Origin: Cycas panzhihuaensis | Lineage: Eukaryota; Plantae; Cycadophyta | Direction of reading: 5' to 3' | Assembly: GCA_023213395.1 (NCBI GenBank) | Contig: CM041465.1 | Span: forward strand, 204,917,741-204,981,740 | DNA length: 64,000 nt | In this document: piece by piece, positions 40,080 to 53,300 of the stretch | Layout of the letters: each line of letters begins with the position of its first letter | Position numbering within the stretch: position 1 is the stretch's first letter | Notes under the pieces: generated by a model | Databases searched by the model: none | The model's input: only the letters and a program-made list of their open reading frames with translations | Told to the model about the DNA's origin: nothing | Program-made: the position numbers and the translations under genes

Positions 40080-40896
40080 TGTTGACTTATATTTCCCACT
40101 GCACTTGTGGGAAGGTACACTTGTCAAGGTTACATAGGTTATAGTCTAGCTTAGGACACAGTCAACATTATTATCCACATATTATTAATGTTTCCACATA
40201 CGTATATCACAATAGCACACAGTAGTACATAAATCACCACATATTCCACATTTAGTCCTTGCAACACAGAGAATACACAGTTTCCACATAACTTCTTATT
40301 TCATTAAGCAATATTTCTTTTACACAAGGTGCTAGAATGCATTCCCTGTGCATTCCAGCCTTATACAATGAATCTGTCACATGCGTACCTAGGAGGTACC
40401 CATCAAAATACACGGCTTCAGGCTGCTGTCATGCGTACTAGTCTCCGTAGCAATGCGGACCAGTATACTTGGCTCTCACCCAAACCGAATGGCCCTTAGG
40501 AAGTCACATAAATATGCTCCTGGGTGTCTTTTCGCCGAAGGGTTATGACTGTCTGTCATAACCATACCTTTTCCATCATGCGTACCTCTTCCTAACCATT
40601 GGTTAGATTCCTTAATCGTTGTCTTAACTCCTCTGTACGTCCATATGTACGTCTGACGTCACTCCAGGCTCCCTTCTGTCCAGTCTTTCCATGCGTACCA
40701 ATCCTGTTCGCTTGCGTTCTACCCAGAGGTACGTATCTGTGTTGCGTACCTTACTGTGCACGCACCGCCATACGTACCGCATCTTGGATTCTCCATTTTT
40801 GTTGCATGCGTGCTTCGCACGGCCTGCACTGCAGTCAAGGAAAGTTGGCTCCTCTCTAGTTGCCCATAGCCCAGCGTGTCACATTATGCTCCAACA
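40080..40896. mobile_element. Solo LTR (817 bp)
   Basis: TGTTG...CAACA termini and a perfect GTGTG TSD. The host RNase H sequence resumes on both sides. Confidence 0.92.
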
Positions 40897-40992
40897 GTGT
40901 GCATAATTGCGAGCATTTCTTTATTGTAAATATACTTAATAGTTCTCTTGAATTTAGTTTTTAACTTTCATAAGCTATGAATTGAATGTTTT

Positions 40993-41469
40993 GGAGGGGA
41001 ATGTTGGATATGTTGAGCACTTTGCAAGTGTTACATGGGTATAAGCATTACACTCGAGTCCCTTTTGAGGGTGTGGGTGTTTTATGGGGTCTTTTTCAGC
41101 CCATGGTTTTATGCCCATTGTATTGTAATACCACTAGTCAGTTTCTTGTATATTTATATCTATATATACTTCTATAGCGGCACATGTAAAAAGGTTAGAT
41201 GAGGAAGAGGATTTGAAAATTAGGGTTTCTACTCTGTAATTTTTTTAGTTGTTGCTTTGATTATTAAAATGCTCTATGTTTAGACCTGAATCTATGGTTG
41301 TTCTTGTTGATGTGCTTGGAATACCTGTGTATTTGATTTTTGCATTGTGTAAGTTATGTTATTGCATTGCTCCTTTGGTTTATTTCTCTTTGGAGAATTG
41401 CTCCTAATCTGACTCTCGAAGCATCTCATTCCAAAACGAATGGTTCACTGAAGTTTGGTGTGGCTAACA
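40993..41469 (+). mobile_element. Orphan 3' LTR (41002-41469) with PPT
   Basis: GGAGGGGAA followed by TGTT...AACA. No TSD, and about 90 bp of the host Gypsy is missing. Confidence 0.7.
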
Positions 41470-41604
41470 TGGGGGCAATGACCATGGTATTCTTCAATCC
41501 TTAGAAAGTTTGTTCTGTTGACTCTTGCCACATGAATGCTTCCTTCTTTGTGAGGTCCATTAATGGTGTTGCCATGCTTGTAAATCCTTTGATGAAATGA
41601 TGTA

Positions 41605-43731
41605 GGAATATGCTAGCTCAAGCCTCATTCAGAGAGTGGAGGTTGGATTTTGTGGGTTCAATCAACCCACCAACATGATGCACAAATGCTCGATATATCC
41701 TAGTGGCTACTGATTTCATGACTAAATGGGTAGAAGCCAAGCCAATGTGTAAATGTGTTCCTATATGAAGTAATCATTGTATGTTTTGATTGCGCCTTAA
41801 AGATAGTCTTAAACTAGGGAAGTAGTGTTTTGAATCAAACAATTAGATTTTACTCAAGAGCAAACCAACAGGTAGAAGGTACCAACAAGATTTTAAAAAT
41901 AGTCTTAACTAAACTTTGTAATGCCAAGTGTATAGATTGGGTAGAGAAATTGCATTCAATATTGTAGGCAAATAGGATGATGCATAAGCAACCTCATAAG
42001 TAGACACCCTTCCAACTAGTCTATGGACTAGAAGTAGTCATCCCTTTAGAGTTTTTGTGTAGCAAACTAGTTGCGATTAGGTAAGGAGGAGTCACAAGAA
42101 TGTTGTCTTTTTGATTTAATGGAATTAGATGAATAGTGAGCTAGAGTGGTGTGGGAATTAAAGGTAGAAAAAGCTAGATGAAAGGCATGGCATGATTGAC
42201 ATCTGAAGCAACCTTAGTTTCGTTTGGAGGATTCGGTGCTTTTGTATGACATCAAGTTCTACATAAAACCAAGATGAAATTCTGCTATTTAGGTCCATAT
42301 TGGGTGCACCAAATTTGGCAGCATGGAATTGTCCAACTTAGACAACTAGATGGCAAGGTATTGCCCAAATTGGTTAATGGGAGCTTATTAAAACTTTATA
42401 ATTAGCATAAAAGTTGGGGGATGCAAAAACTAGTAAAGCAATGCTGAAGAAGAACTCAGTCCTGATCCTAATCCTAATCGTAATTGTGATTTTGATCGTG
42501 ATCATGATCCTAATTGTGATTGTGATCAACAACGATTGTAATGGAAAAATGGAATGGAATGGTAATGGTGAAATGTCATGACATAACAAATCATGCATAA
42601 TTCTGAATTAATAACACCATGATTTTGGATTGACAAAAGCACATTGGAAAGATAAATTTGCATACACGGATGGGATGTTATTACCCTTTTTGCGATGGTG
42701 ATTAATGATATTGTGGAGAACCATAGTCACCCAACTTACAAGACTTCCATCTGATGGTGATGATGTTCCCATAAAAAAGAAAATTAGCAAGACATAGCAG
42801 TAGTTGAATTGGGTGCAACATAAGTGGATGTTTCTTCCTTAGGTATCTTATACAAGGTATTAAATTAGAAAAAATCCAAAATGGATTGGTCATTTTCTAT
42901 TGATTCATGTTATCTCTTGTTAGAAAAATAAATATTTACCTACAAATCTTCGGTCTATATTGTTGCAAGTGGAGAAGGGAGGAAAAATGAATTGGGGTAA
43001 ATTCTTGTTTGAAAAATTTAAGATTAGTTTGTTATGCTGGGTAGTCTATCATAATTTTTTAGCCTTCCATGTTGCAAGGATTATTGTTATTTCAATATCT
43101 AGATGTAAGCATATCACAATTAGAATCATCAAGGGATCAACCTAGGATGCTACACTGGGCCACCTTGTTTACTAAAGAGGGAATGACATCTCACAACTTT
43201 GTATAGCTTTTGAAAGCTCAAGAACAGATTCATGAATGGTTGTACATGTGATGGATAATAGGAGAGCCATCTTTGTTGGCTTCATCAGATAGGATAATAG
43301 ATAGTGATGAGGAAGAGGAAAGTAAGGTGTAGGAAGAGGAGTCCCCACAACAAAGAGAAAATCAATAGCAAGTTTTGGTTGAGAAAGTAGCTAAGAAAAA
43401 GGGAAAAATAATTGTAGGAGAAGATGATGAACATAACAAATTTGGCCCCTTTGTTCTTAAAGGAATTATTTAGTCTACTGTTGAAAAATCGATAAAAGTG
43501 ACAGTAGAGGAATTGGTTAAGCTTGTGGAAGATAAATTGGTTGATGATAAATTAGTAGGTGATAAACTTGATACTGACAACTCTTGTTTGATAAGCTTGC
43601 ATAGGAGAAATCTGTTCAACTTCCATAGAAATCAACAACAAAAAAAAGGAAACAAGCAATCGTGGACACATTGATACAACAGCTTGAGAAAATAGAATTT
43701 TCAACTAATGAGTAGGTATTTGAAAGAGGAC
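41605..43731 (+). mobile_element. Non-chromoviral Gypsy (Athila/Tat-like) integrase remnant plus 3' accessory ORF remnant, probably continuing at 55142-~56050
   Basis: FREWRLDFVGSINPP..YILVATDFMTKWVEAK and LGPYWV...VNGSLLKLY motifs, followed by a degenerate E/K-rich ORF. Confidence 0.7.
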
Positions 43732-44038
43732 TATTACGTACTCGACCCCCTTTCAATATATCTACCTTTTTCCTCTTTTCTCTTCGATGTATCTTCTTCT
43801 TCTTCTTCTTCTACTTCTTTCTCTTCACTAATCTCTTATTGTATTTATCCCACATGCATGAGTCAAGAGGGATGAGCGGCCTTAGTAGCTTTATATATAT
43901 GTACACTCCACTCTTGTAAGGGACACTTTTGAGCATTGAGATATTGTGTATTGAGAGGTTGCCACTTCGAAGTGGCCCAATAACACAAGGAGATCTTGTG
44001 CTTGTGCAGACTTTCTCGTGGAGATTTAGCCTTCTTGG

Positions 44039-47000
44039 GAGAAAGGGTTTCCCACGTATATACTGTGTATTGTGCACTTGTTTTTTGTGTTTCTATTTGT
44101 TGCTTGTTGTGTATGATTAAAGATCCTGCGTACGAGAACATTTGTGTATGATTTCATGTTCCTGAACATGGTATCAGAGCCGTAGGGTCCTGGACAACTG
44201 AAGCTTGACGGTGAGTAGGGCGGTGGGATCGTTGGTTGTCGGGTGTTGTCGACCCAAGGCAGTCTTGAGGGTGCATCAACCCGGCATCGTGCGAGCGAGC
44301 CTGAGAAAATCATTGGTTGTTGAAGCAGTGAAATTCACTATTCAACAGAGAATAAGGGTTTTTGGAGTCAATAATTAGGCGTGAAGATCACCTTCGTGGA
44401 ATGAGTTGGCTCGTTGGGGGCCATCCAAAGCAGGTTGATAACCTATTTGGGTAATTCAAGCCAGCGGAGCACGCATTGATGGTGATTCGGCGACGATAAG
44501 GGCAACCATCTATCTATACAAGTAAGTTGGGTATATTCCCACTCAAAGCACTATAAAACTAAAAAAAAATCGAAGCTTTTTCTGGTATTGCCTACATTCA
44601 GTCTGTATATGGGAGAGATTAGAGCCTTTATGGAATGTTTTCAGCCCGTAATACTAAATTCAGACAGAGCATATGTTAGTATAAAGTAGCTATTGGTGAT
44701 TTGTTGAGTTGTAGTACCTTTTATTTGGGTGTATGACCTCCTATTCCAACTGTTTTCACATCCCGAGCCCACATCTATGTGTCAAATCATTGCTGGGTTG
44801 TTTGTGAGTTGTTTGGAGACTTGTGTACATTAATAAAGCACTATACAGCTGTATAATGTCTTGCTGAGTGCTTATTAAGTTGGTCAAGCGATTTTAGTGG
44901 CGGGCTCTTTGTATGACTGTTGGGCGCCTCTTATGGTGACTGTGGCCATTATTTATGTGGCTCAGCTTTTGTATGATGAGGTTGGGCTGAGATCTGATCG
45001 TATATCAGTCGTACAACGAGCGCAGGTCCGTGTAAGTGAGTGTTGGTCTGATTGAAGTGCGCAGGTCCGCGGGTTCACGTTGGTCAGCGGATGTCGCGTC
45101 CGTTGATATCTCATTGTGCATTGCTCTCTTTGAAGTATTTGATGTATATTTACTAAGTTTAAGACCTTAGTGATATTATTGATTTGATTTTTTGAGATTT
45201 AAGGCACGTGAGTTAAGTGATGAGCAATAGGTGTTTTTTGAAAAGTCGCCACTTTGGAGAATATGCCTTTTGGCATATTCTTTTTTGAATTGAACTTTAT
45301 AAAAGGGACCCTTTATACCATTGATATTACACCTTTTACATAGTGTGAAGTTATTTAAGTATTTTGACTGTCTTTGAGCCGTTTTGAGCATGGATCGAGG
45401 CGTTGTTTTGTGATATTTTGACTTGGAGACCGTGCACCATCACCTTGTGGAGCTGACTGTGTACCTTGAGCACCGTTTCACTTGCCTTAATGCTCTTTTT
45501 TGGTGCTATTTAAAGGTGTTTGTGGTCTATTTGGAAGAAGAAGCAGTTGGTGACCTGCATCTGCGAGTACAATCGGTGTTTTAAAGCCTTCGGGGATCGC
45601 TTTTGGACTAAAGGAGGACACAGGGGTGCATTTACATCATGTCTGATCGTCTGGTGTCGTGTGATTCATATTATAGCCCGTTGTTCGAGATGGAGAGGTT
45701 CATGCCTAAGGTTATCTTTAATGGTAACAATTTCAGCGAATGGAAGGCCAATATGGAGCTTATATTGATGGTGAACCAACTCCGGGGAATCACCAAGGCG
45801 AAGCTTGTTTCAGTTCCACTTGACCATGAGGAGCGTATCAAACTTGAAGAAAAGCAATTATGGGTGTTGGATTACTGAAACTCTCACTGGCGCCAGACCA
45901 GAGAGCATTGGTTCACAATCTGGATGACCCAACTGAGATTTGGACGAAGTTGTGTGATACTTTTGAGAAGAAGAAGACGAATAAGCGTCTTGCACTGATG
46001 TTGGAACTACTCAATTCACGAGTTGAAGATGAGAACAATATCAACTCCTACCTGAATAAAATAACTGACTTGAGGAACAAGCTAGAAGAATTGAAGCAGA
46101 ACTTGATCGATGATGCACTTTTGTTTGCGATAATCATGTCGAAGCTGCCAATTGTGTTCGCCATATTCCAGACTATTTATGGTAGAGATGAAGTGATGGA
46201 GGCAGAAACTTTCAATGGGCTCAAAAGCCTAATTCTAGTAGAGGATGCCAAACTAAAACATCATGGATTGCTTGGTGGATCTTCATCAAGTCAGGCCCTA
46301 GCCATGAAAACTCAGAGGAAGGAGGCCGTTAAGGAGGAGAAGTTCACACAAAGGTCTGGAGAAAGCTCTCAAGACAAGAAGAAGTTTAATGGAAAGTGCA
46401 ATTACTGCAAGAAGGATGGTCACTGCGAAAAGAACTGTTGGTTCAAGCATCGTGACAAGCGCAAAGGTAACCAGGATGATGAAGGAAAGAGTGTTGCTGC
46501 TTATTGTGTCCGAGCGCAGACCTTGTCAACTGAGTCAGATTTGAGAGACTATTGGGTGTTAGATTCTGGAGCGCAGAAGCACATCTCTTACCAGAGGCAG
46601 AACTTTGATACGTTGAATGCAAATCAAAGTGGTGCTAAGATCGTTCTTGGAGATGCTTGCGCGTTGCCGATAGATGGTATTGGTGAAGTTTCCATTGCAT
46701 GAGGCAAGTTTTTCAGGGTATATTATGTACCCAAGATGCAGTTGAACCTTCTGTCTACTCGGGAGATCTATAAACAAGGTATGAAAGTGGAGCTCTATAA
46801 TGATAAATGCCTGATAAAGGACCCACAACACAACTTTGCTGTCATAGCTACCGGGAAAGTCAGGGACAACTTCTGAGTGTTTGAGAAATTTCAATCTCAG
46901 AAGAAGTCCTATGCCTTTGTTGTCAACGCGGATGAAGAAAGTAAACTATGGCACAATTGCCTTGGGCACCTTAATTACAGGAGTATTGCACTACTAAAGA

Positions 47001-50000
47001 GGTTGAAGATGGTGAATGCGAAGGGTGTATGTATGGCAAGCATCACCGTTATCGTTTTGTTCGGGATAATGCCTGGAGAGCCAAGGAGAAGCTTGAGCTT
47101 GTGCACTCAAATATTATGGGACCACTCCCAAACCCTTCAATATCAGAAGCCCGATATACACTTGTGTTTGTGGATGATTACACCAGGAAAGCCTGGGTTT
47201 ATTTTCTCAAGAACAAGTCAGATGTATTTGATCGCTTTCGTGAATGGAAAGCGATGGTTGAAAATGAATGCGATTGCAAAATAAAATCTTTATGAAGTGA
47301 TAATGGCAAGGAGTACGACAATCATGCGTTCAATCAGTTCTGCCACAACCATGGAATAAAGCGGGAGTTTACAGTCCCGTATACCCCACAATAGAATGGA
47401 GTTGTTGAAAGAAAGAACCATACCATGATGGAGATGGTGAGGTGTATGGTGCATGCTAAAAACCTGCCACCAAAGTTTTGGGCGGTTGTGGCGATCATTT
47501 ATATTTTGAACAGGGTACCCACTTAGGCAGTTTGCAGCATGAACCTCGAAGAGAAATGGACCGGTCAGAAGCCTGCCATTAGCCATTTAAGAACGTTTAG
47601 GTGCATTGCATACGCCCACATCCCAGATGATACCCGAAAGAAGCTGGATCGGAAAAGTCTAAAGTGCATATTCATGGGGTATTGCATGGAGAACAAAGCC
47701 TACAGACTATGGGATCCATAGGGGGAAAAGATTGTGGTTAGTCGGGATGTTAAATTTGACGAGTCGTCGACGTATCATGCTGAAAGATCATCAGAGGAAC
47801 CTTTTTACCCTCCCCTTCTCCCATTCCCAGATTCTTCAAGCAAAGAGGACGATGAGCCAATCATTGTAGCACCTAGGGAAGAAGGACCAAGTGGGACGAG
47901 TAATAGTGAGGAGTTGCCGCGAGAAGAAGTGCCTCCAGCAATGGGTCCTTCTATACCTTTATGGGCAAGGAAAACTATTAAAGATTCCGCTGTGGCGATG
48001 CAAACCCTAACTGATGATAGACGAACCAGAAATCAACATGCTAGTTGAACTCTACTGGTAGACACCGATGACTCCAATGATCCTGATTCGTTGGTTGAAG
48101 CGAAAGGAGATCCACGATGGAGAGCTGTAATGGAGGAAGAGTATGGTTCTCTGATGAAGAACAATATGTGGGATTTGGCCCCACTGCCTCCATTGAAGAA
48201 CCTTGTAGGATGCAAGTGGGTCTATAAGACAAAGTTTTGCTCTGATAGAGAGGTGGACAAGTACAAGGCGAAACTTGTTACGCAGGGATTCAAGCAAAAA
48301 GAAGGAATTGACTATGAGTAGACGTTTGCACTAGTCTCTAGAATGACAACTGTCCGCTTACTCATTTCCTTAGCAGTTGCGTTAGATTGGGAGTTACACC
48401 AAATGGACGTTAAGTCCGCATTCCTTAATGGGGATCTAAAGGAGGAGATATACATGTCACAGCCTCTGGGATTCGTTAAGGATGGTCAGGAGCATCTTGT
48501 TTGCCGTCTGAAGAAGTCAATCTATGGCCTGAAACAAGCACCTCGTGCTTAGTATGAGAAGATGGATGCTAAGTTGAAAGCTGAAGGTTTTGAAATTTCA
48601 GAACTCGACCTGAACCTGTATGTGAAGGGAAGAGGGACTTCCATAGTTGCTTGCGTGGTGTATGTGGATGATCTAATCATCAACGATAATCGTGGCAAGG
48701 CTATAACTGAAGTCAAATCCAATTTGGGAGCTTCATTTGACATGACAGATCTTGGGGAACTTCATTATTTCTTGGGCATTTGGGTCAGGTAGATGGATGA
48801 CAGGATTGTGTTGTTGCAATCGCAGTATGTGAAGAACTTACTAGAGAGATTTGGAATGCAACACTGCAAACCTGTTGCAACACCATGTGTACAAGGCACA
48901 AGGTTGCAGAAGGACATGGTCCAACCTTCTGTAGATGGCATGAAGTATCGCCAATTGGTAGGGAGTCTCATCTATTTAACTCATACTAGGCCAAATATTG
49001 CATACGCTATTAGATTGGTTTTCTACTACATGCAGAATCCTTATGAGCCTCATTTGGTGGCAGCAAAGCAGATTCTAAAATATCTGAAGGGGACAATCAA
49101 TCTTGGTCTTGAATACTGCAGAGGTGAGAAGATCAGGTTACATGGCTACACGGATGTTGATTGGGGAGGAGATTCCGATGATCGGAAGTCCACAGCTGGA
49201 TACTTGTTTAGTATTGGCAATGGATTTGTTTCGTGGCAGTCGAAGAAGCAACAGATAGTGGCGCTATCTTCTACAGAAGTAGAATATCAAGGACTCAATG
49301 CTTGTGCAAAGGAAGCAGTATGGTTGCAAGGTCTCTTGGAATTTCTTGGCGGTTTTTAATGGACATCCGATTCTCTTTGTTGATAATCAGAGTACGATTC
49401 GCCTATCGAAGAATCCAGAGTTTCATACGCGTACAAAGCATATTGAGATTCAACACCATTACATTCGTGAACAGATCAATTTAGGAAAGTTGTAGGCCGA
49501 CTATTGTCCAAGTGAATTATAGCTTGCAGATGTGTTCACCAAGCCATTAAATGAAGATTAATTCATGAAGATGCATACCAGATTAGGACTCATCGATGTT
49601 ATCCTTGATGGGGGATGTATCGACACGGATAAAGAAGCTACAGGATAGTCCCAGTCTTTGTGACAACTCAACTACTGCACGTTGCAGGTTCCCCACATTC
49701 ACATTAAGGGGGGATATTAGCATGGCAGTTAATTATTAAGCCACTTAGTTAATGTTAATGTGGTTTAATTAAGTGAAAGGGTGCGAAGCCAAAAGGTGTG
49801 ACTTATTCAGAGGGTCACAACCCTAATCGAGTGACACCTCTTGGGAGAGTATAAATGCCTTGAGGCCTTGTATATTCAACATCCAAGATCATTGTATCAA
49901 TCCATTGTGCAATAATCAAGTGATCCATAAAGGATCCTTTTGTGGTGGGTTTTTTCCCGAAAGGGTTTCCCATGTATATCTGTGTCTTTGCACTGCTTTT

Positions 50001-50085
50001 TCTGTGTTTCTATTTGTTGCTTGCTGTGTATGGTTAAAGATCCTGCGTATGGGAACATATGTGTATGATTTTATGTTCCCGAACA
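44039..50085 (+). mobile_element. Copia element D (same family as C), 5' LTR truncated
   Basis: 5' LTR remnant 44039-44168, perfect PBS TGGTATCAGAGC at 44169-44180, PPT AAGGGGGGA, 3' LTR 49715-50085. Confidence 0.95.
45690..49600 (+). pseudogene. Copia D gag-pol pseudogene
   Basis: Colinear with element C. Gag, CCHC, WVLDSGA, integrase, RT ([17 protein letters not shown]) and RNase H are present with stops and frameshifts. Confidence 0.95.
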
Positions 50086-50382
50086 CCAATGTTTAGCTGA
50101 AGTGACCAATATTGCCTTTCTAGGGGCCCACATCGAATTAGGAGATCTACAAAACTGCATAAATCCACCATAACTCCTCCTTCTGCAGCTTGATTGGCTA
50201 AGTTGCCTTCTCGAAAAAGTTTTTATTCACGATTTCAGACTACTCTTTATAAAATAATTTTTTTCTAAAAAAAAGAAAATTGTAAAACCAGTGGGACAAA
50301 TAGTCTAAAGACCCACTAAGGCCCTAACCTTGTTCGGAATCCATATTTAGAAGGTAATATTGAGCTAAGGTCAAGAAGAAAA

Positions 50383-53300
50383 ATGGCCCTCAAAATCAAC
50401 CTCAATTGGATTGTCGAACCCAATAATGCAATTGTTTCATTAAGAGGAGAAACATATATCAAGATTCAAGATGTGCAACACATGGTAAATAATCTGGCCT
50501 TTCAAGTATCTGATATGGCTGCCCAATTGGAGAGGTTTTTCACCAACAAGGATAACCTAGTTAAAGAGATTCGATTTTGACGATATACATCAACAAGGAT
50601 ATAATAATGATGGCATGGATGATGACCACTATGACAACAGATGAGGGAGGCCAACCTTCTATCCAAAAGTAGAGCTTAAAAAATTCAATGGTATTGATGT
50701 TTGCACTTGGGTGTCATAAATGGAACAGTACTTTGCCTCGCACAAAGTTCCAAAAGATAAAAAGATATCAATAGCCTCTCTACACATGGAATTTGAGCCA
50801 TACCAGTGCTACCAATGGGTGAAGAAGGTGGTCAGTGTACTTAATTACGATTGGGGTTATTTTGTCAAGGGCTTGGAGACACAATATGACAACATTTGGA
50901 TAACGATTATTTCAGTCAACTCACAAAGATTTGACAAGACGATATAGTTTTAGAGTATACCTTTGCATGCATTGCCTCTCCACATGGGTTGAGAACCTAC
51001 GTGAGGAATAAATGCTCAAACTGTACATTGGTGGTCTCTGAGATGAGATAAAACATGAACTCCATCTCTTGAATCCTACACGGATCACACAAGCCATAAA
51101 ACTAGCTTGGCATATTGAAGCAAAAAATAAGGCATCCTGACAGTCCATGGGACCATATGCAGATAGGAGAATACCATCACATGGATCACATGCCTCAATT
51201 GTGTTACACTCACCAATTGTTCGACAAATGACCACCCAAGAAGTTGATGAGAAGAGGTCAAAAGGGTTACGTTTCAGATGCAACAAAAAATGGCACAAGG
51301 ACCATTGATGTTCTGAAAAATGATTATTTATCACTGAGGACACATAGGATGAGGCATAGGAGGAAGAAAATATTTTAGAACCACTACATAAAAATGTTCC
51401 AAAATCTCTAGAGTCACCAACAGATGATGATGAAGGTACAACAACCATCTTAGTCTATGCCTTAGCTAGAATTGTAGCTCCTCAAACCCTAAAAATCATT
51501 GGGTATATGAAGAAACAACGAGTAGTCTTAATTGACTTAGGAAGCACCTACACTTTCATTAACAGGAAATTGACTGAAGAGTTCAATTGTTTCCCATATC
51601 TAGTAAAGAATTTCCAAGTCATGGTCGCTAATGGAGGAGCACTATCTTGTGGCGAGAAATGCCATAATATCAGGTTCACCATGGGAAAGTATCATATATC
51701 CACGTAAATGTTTACAATCTCTGTCAGAGGAGTCGATGTGGTTTTAGGAGTTTAATGGTTGAAAACACTTGGCAGCATTCAACTTAACTTGCAAGAGTTG
51801 TTCATTCGATTCAACTTAGAAGGTCAAGAGTATTAACTTAATGGAATCATGCCACTCCCATTACAAGTCATTAGCTCACATAGGATGGAGACGTTGATAT
51901 GAAAGGGAGGGACAGGGTTAATCGCAAGATGCTATGCAATCATAGGTTAGGTGTCCCCAATTGAAGAAGATCCAACTTACAACAGTCACTTGTTATTAGA
52001 ATTGCAAGAAGTTCTACTCAACCATCCTTAGGTCTTTGAAGAAGACCCCAAGGGATTTACACCACAATGAGAGCAAGACCATGCTATCGAGATGGTTGTT
52101 GGGAGCAACCCACCTAACATACGGCCATATAGGTATCCGTACCAACAAAATAACGAAATTGAAAAGTTGGTACATGAATTGCTAGATGCAGGGGTCATCC
52201 AAGAGAGCAAAAGTGCCTTCTTCATCCCAATCATATTGGTCAGAAAAAAAGATGGCTCATTCCGAATATGCATTGATTATAGGGAGTTGAACAAAATCAC
52301 AATCAAGGACAAATTCCCTATACTAGTGATTGATGAATTACGTGGTGCAACTATATTCACATCTTTGGATCTTCGATCAGGCTATCACCAAACTAGGGTC
52401 AAGACAGAAGACGTGCACAAAACAACCTTTCAAACCCATGAAGGTCACTATGAGTTCTTGGTCATGTCCTTTGGCCTCATTAATGCACCGGCCACATTCC
52501 AAGGACTTATGAATAAAATCTTCCGCTCATACTTGAAGAAATTTGTCCTGGGCTTTTTTGATGACATCCTCATATATAGTTGGATAGTTGAAGAGCATCT
52601 TCAACATGTGGACAAGGCCTTGAAATTGTTGGAAGATAACCAACTGTATATCAAAAAATCCAAATGTAGTTTTGGAAAGAAGGAGCTGGAATATTTAGGG
52701 CACATCATCTCTCAAGATGGATTAAAGGTTGACCCAAAAAAGATTGTCACTATATAGAATTGTCCCCAACCCAAAAACATCAAAGGTCTTTGGGGATTCT
52801 TGGGATTGATGGGATACTACTGAAAGTTTGTTAAGGGTATGCTAGGATAGCAACATCCTTGACACAGTTGCTAAAGAAGGACTTATTCCAGTGGACAGAG
52901 ATGGCGAGTGGAGCCTTTGCAACACTAAAAGAAGCCATGACTACTACACCTATGTTAGTAACACCTAACTTCACAAAAACATTTACTATTGAATGTGATG
53001 ACTTAGGACATGGGTTGGGAGCAATACTCATGCAAGAAGGATGACACCTAGCTTTTGAGAGTCGAAAGCTACAACTGAGGGACTTGGGTAAGTTCACCTA
53101 TGAAAAGGAAATGATGGCAATCTACATGCGGTCAAGAAATGGTACCAATACCTTCTTGGGGCGCACTTCAAGATAAAAATTGACCATGATAGTCTAAAAT
53201 ACTTCCTGGACCAAAGGGTAGCCTCTAAGGAGCAATAGAAATGGGTATCTAAAATGCAAGGGTTCAACTTCAAAATCATTTATGAAAAGGGGAAGGAGAA

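Larger units (their letters stand above)
37939..41604 (-). mobile_element. Chromoviral Gypsy element H, 3' part (RT-RH linker, RNase H, integrase, chromodomain, PPT, 3' LTR 37939-38386), interrupted twice
   Basis: [59 protein letters not shown] and EYLIKWK motifs; PPT AAGGGAGGAC. Confidence 0.88.
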
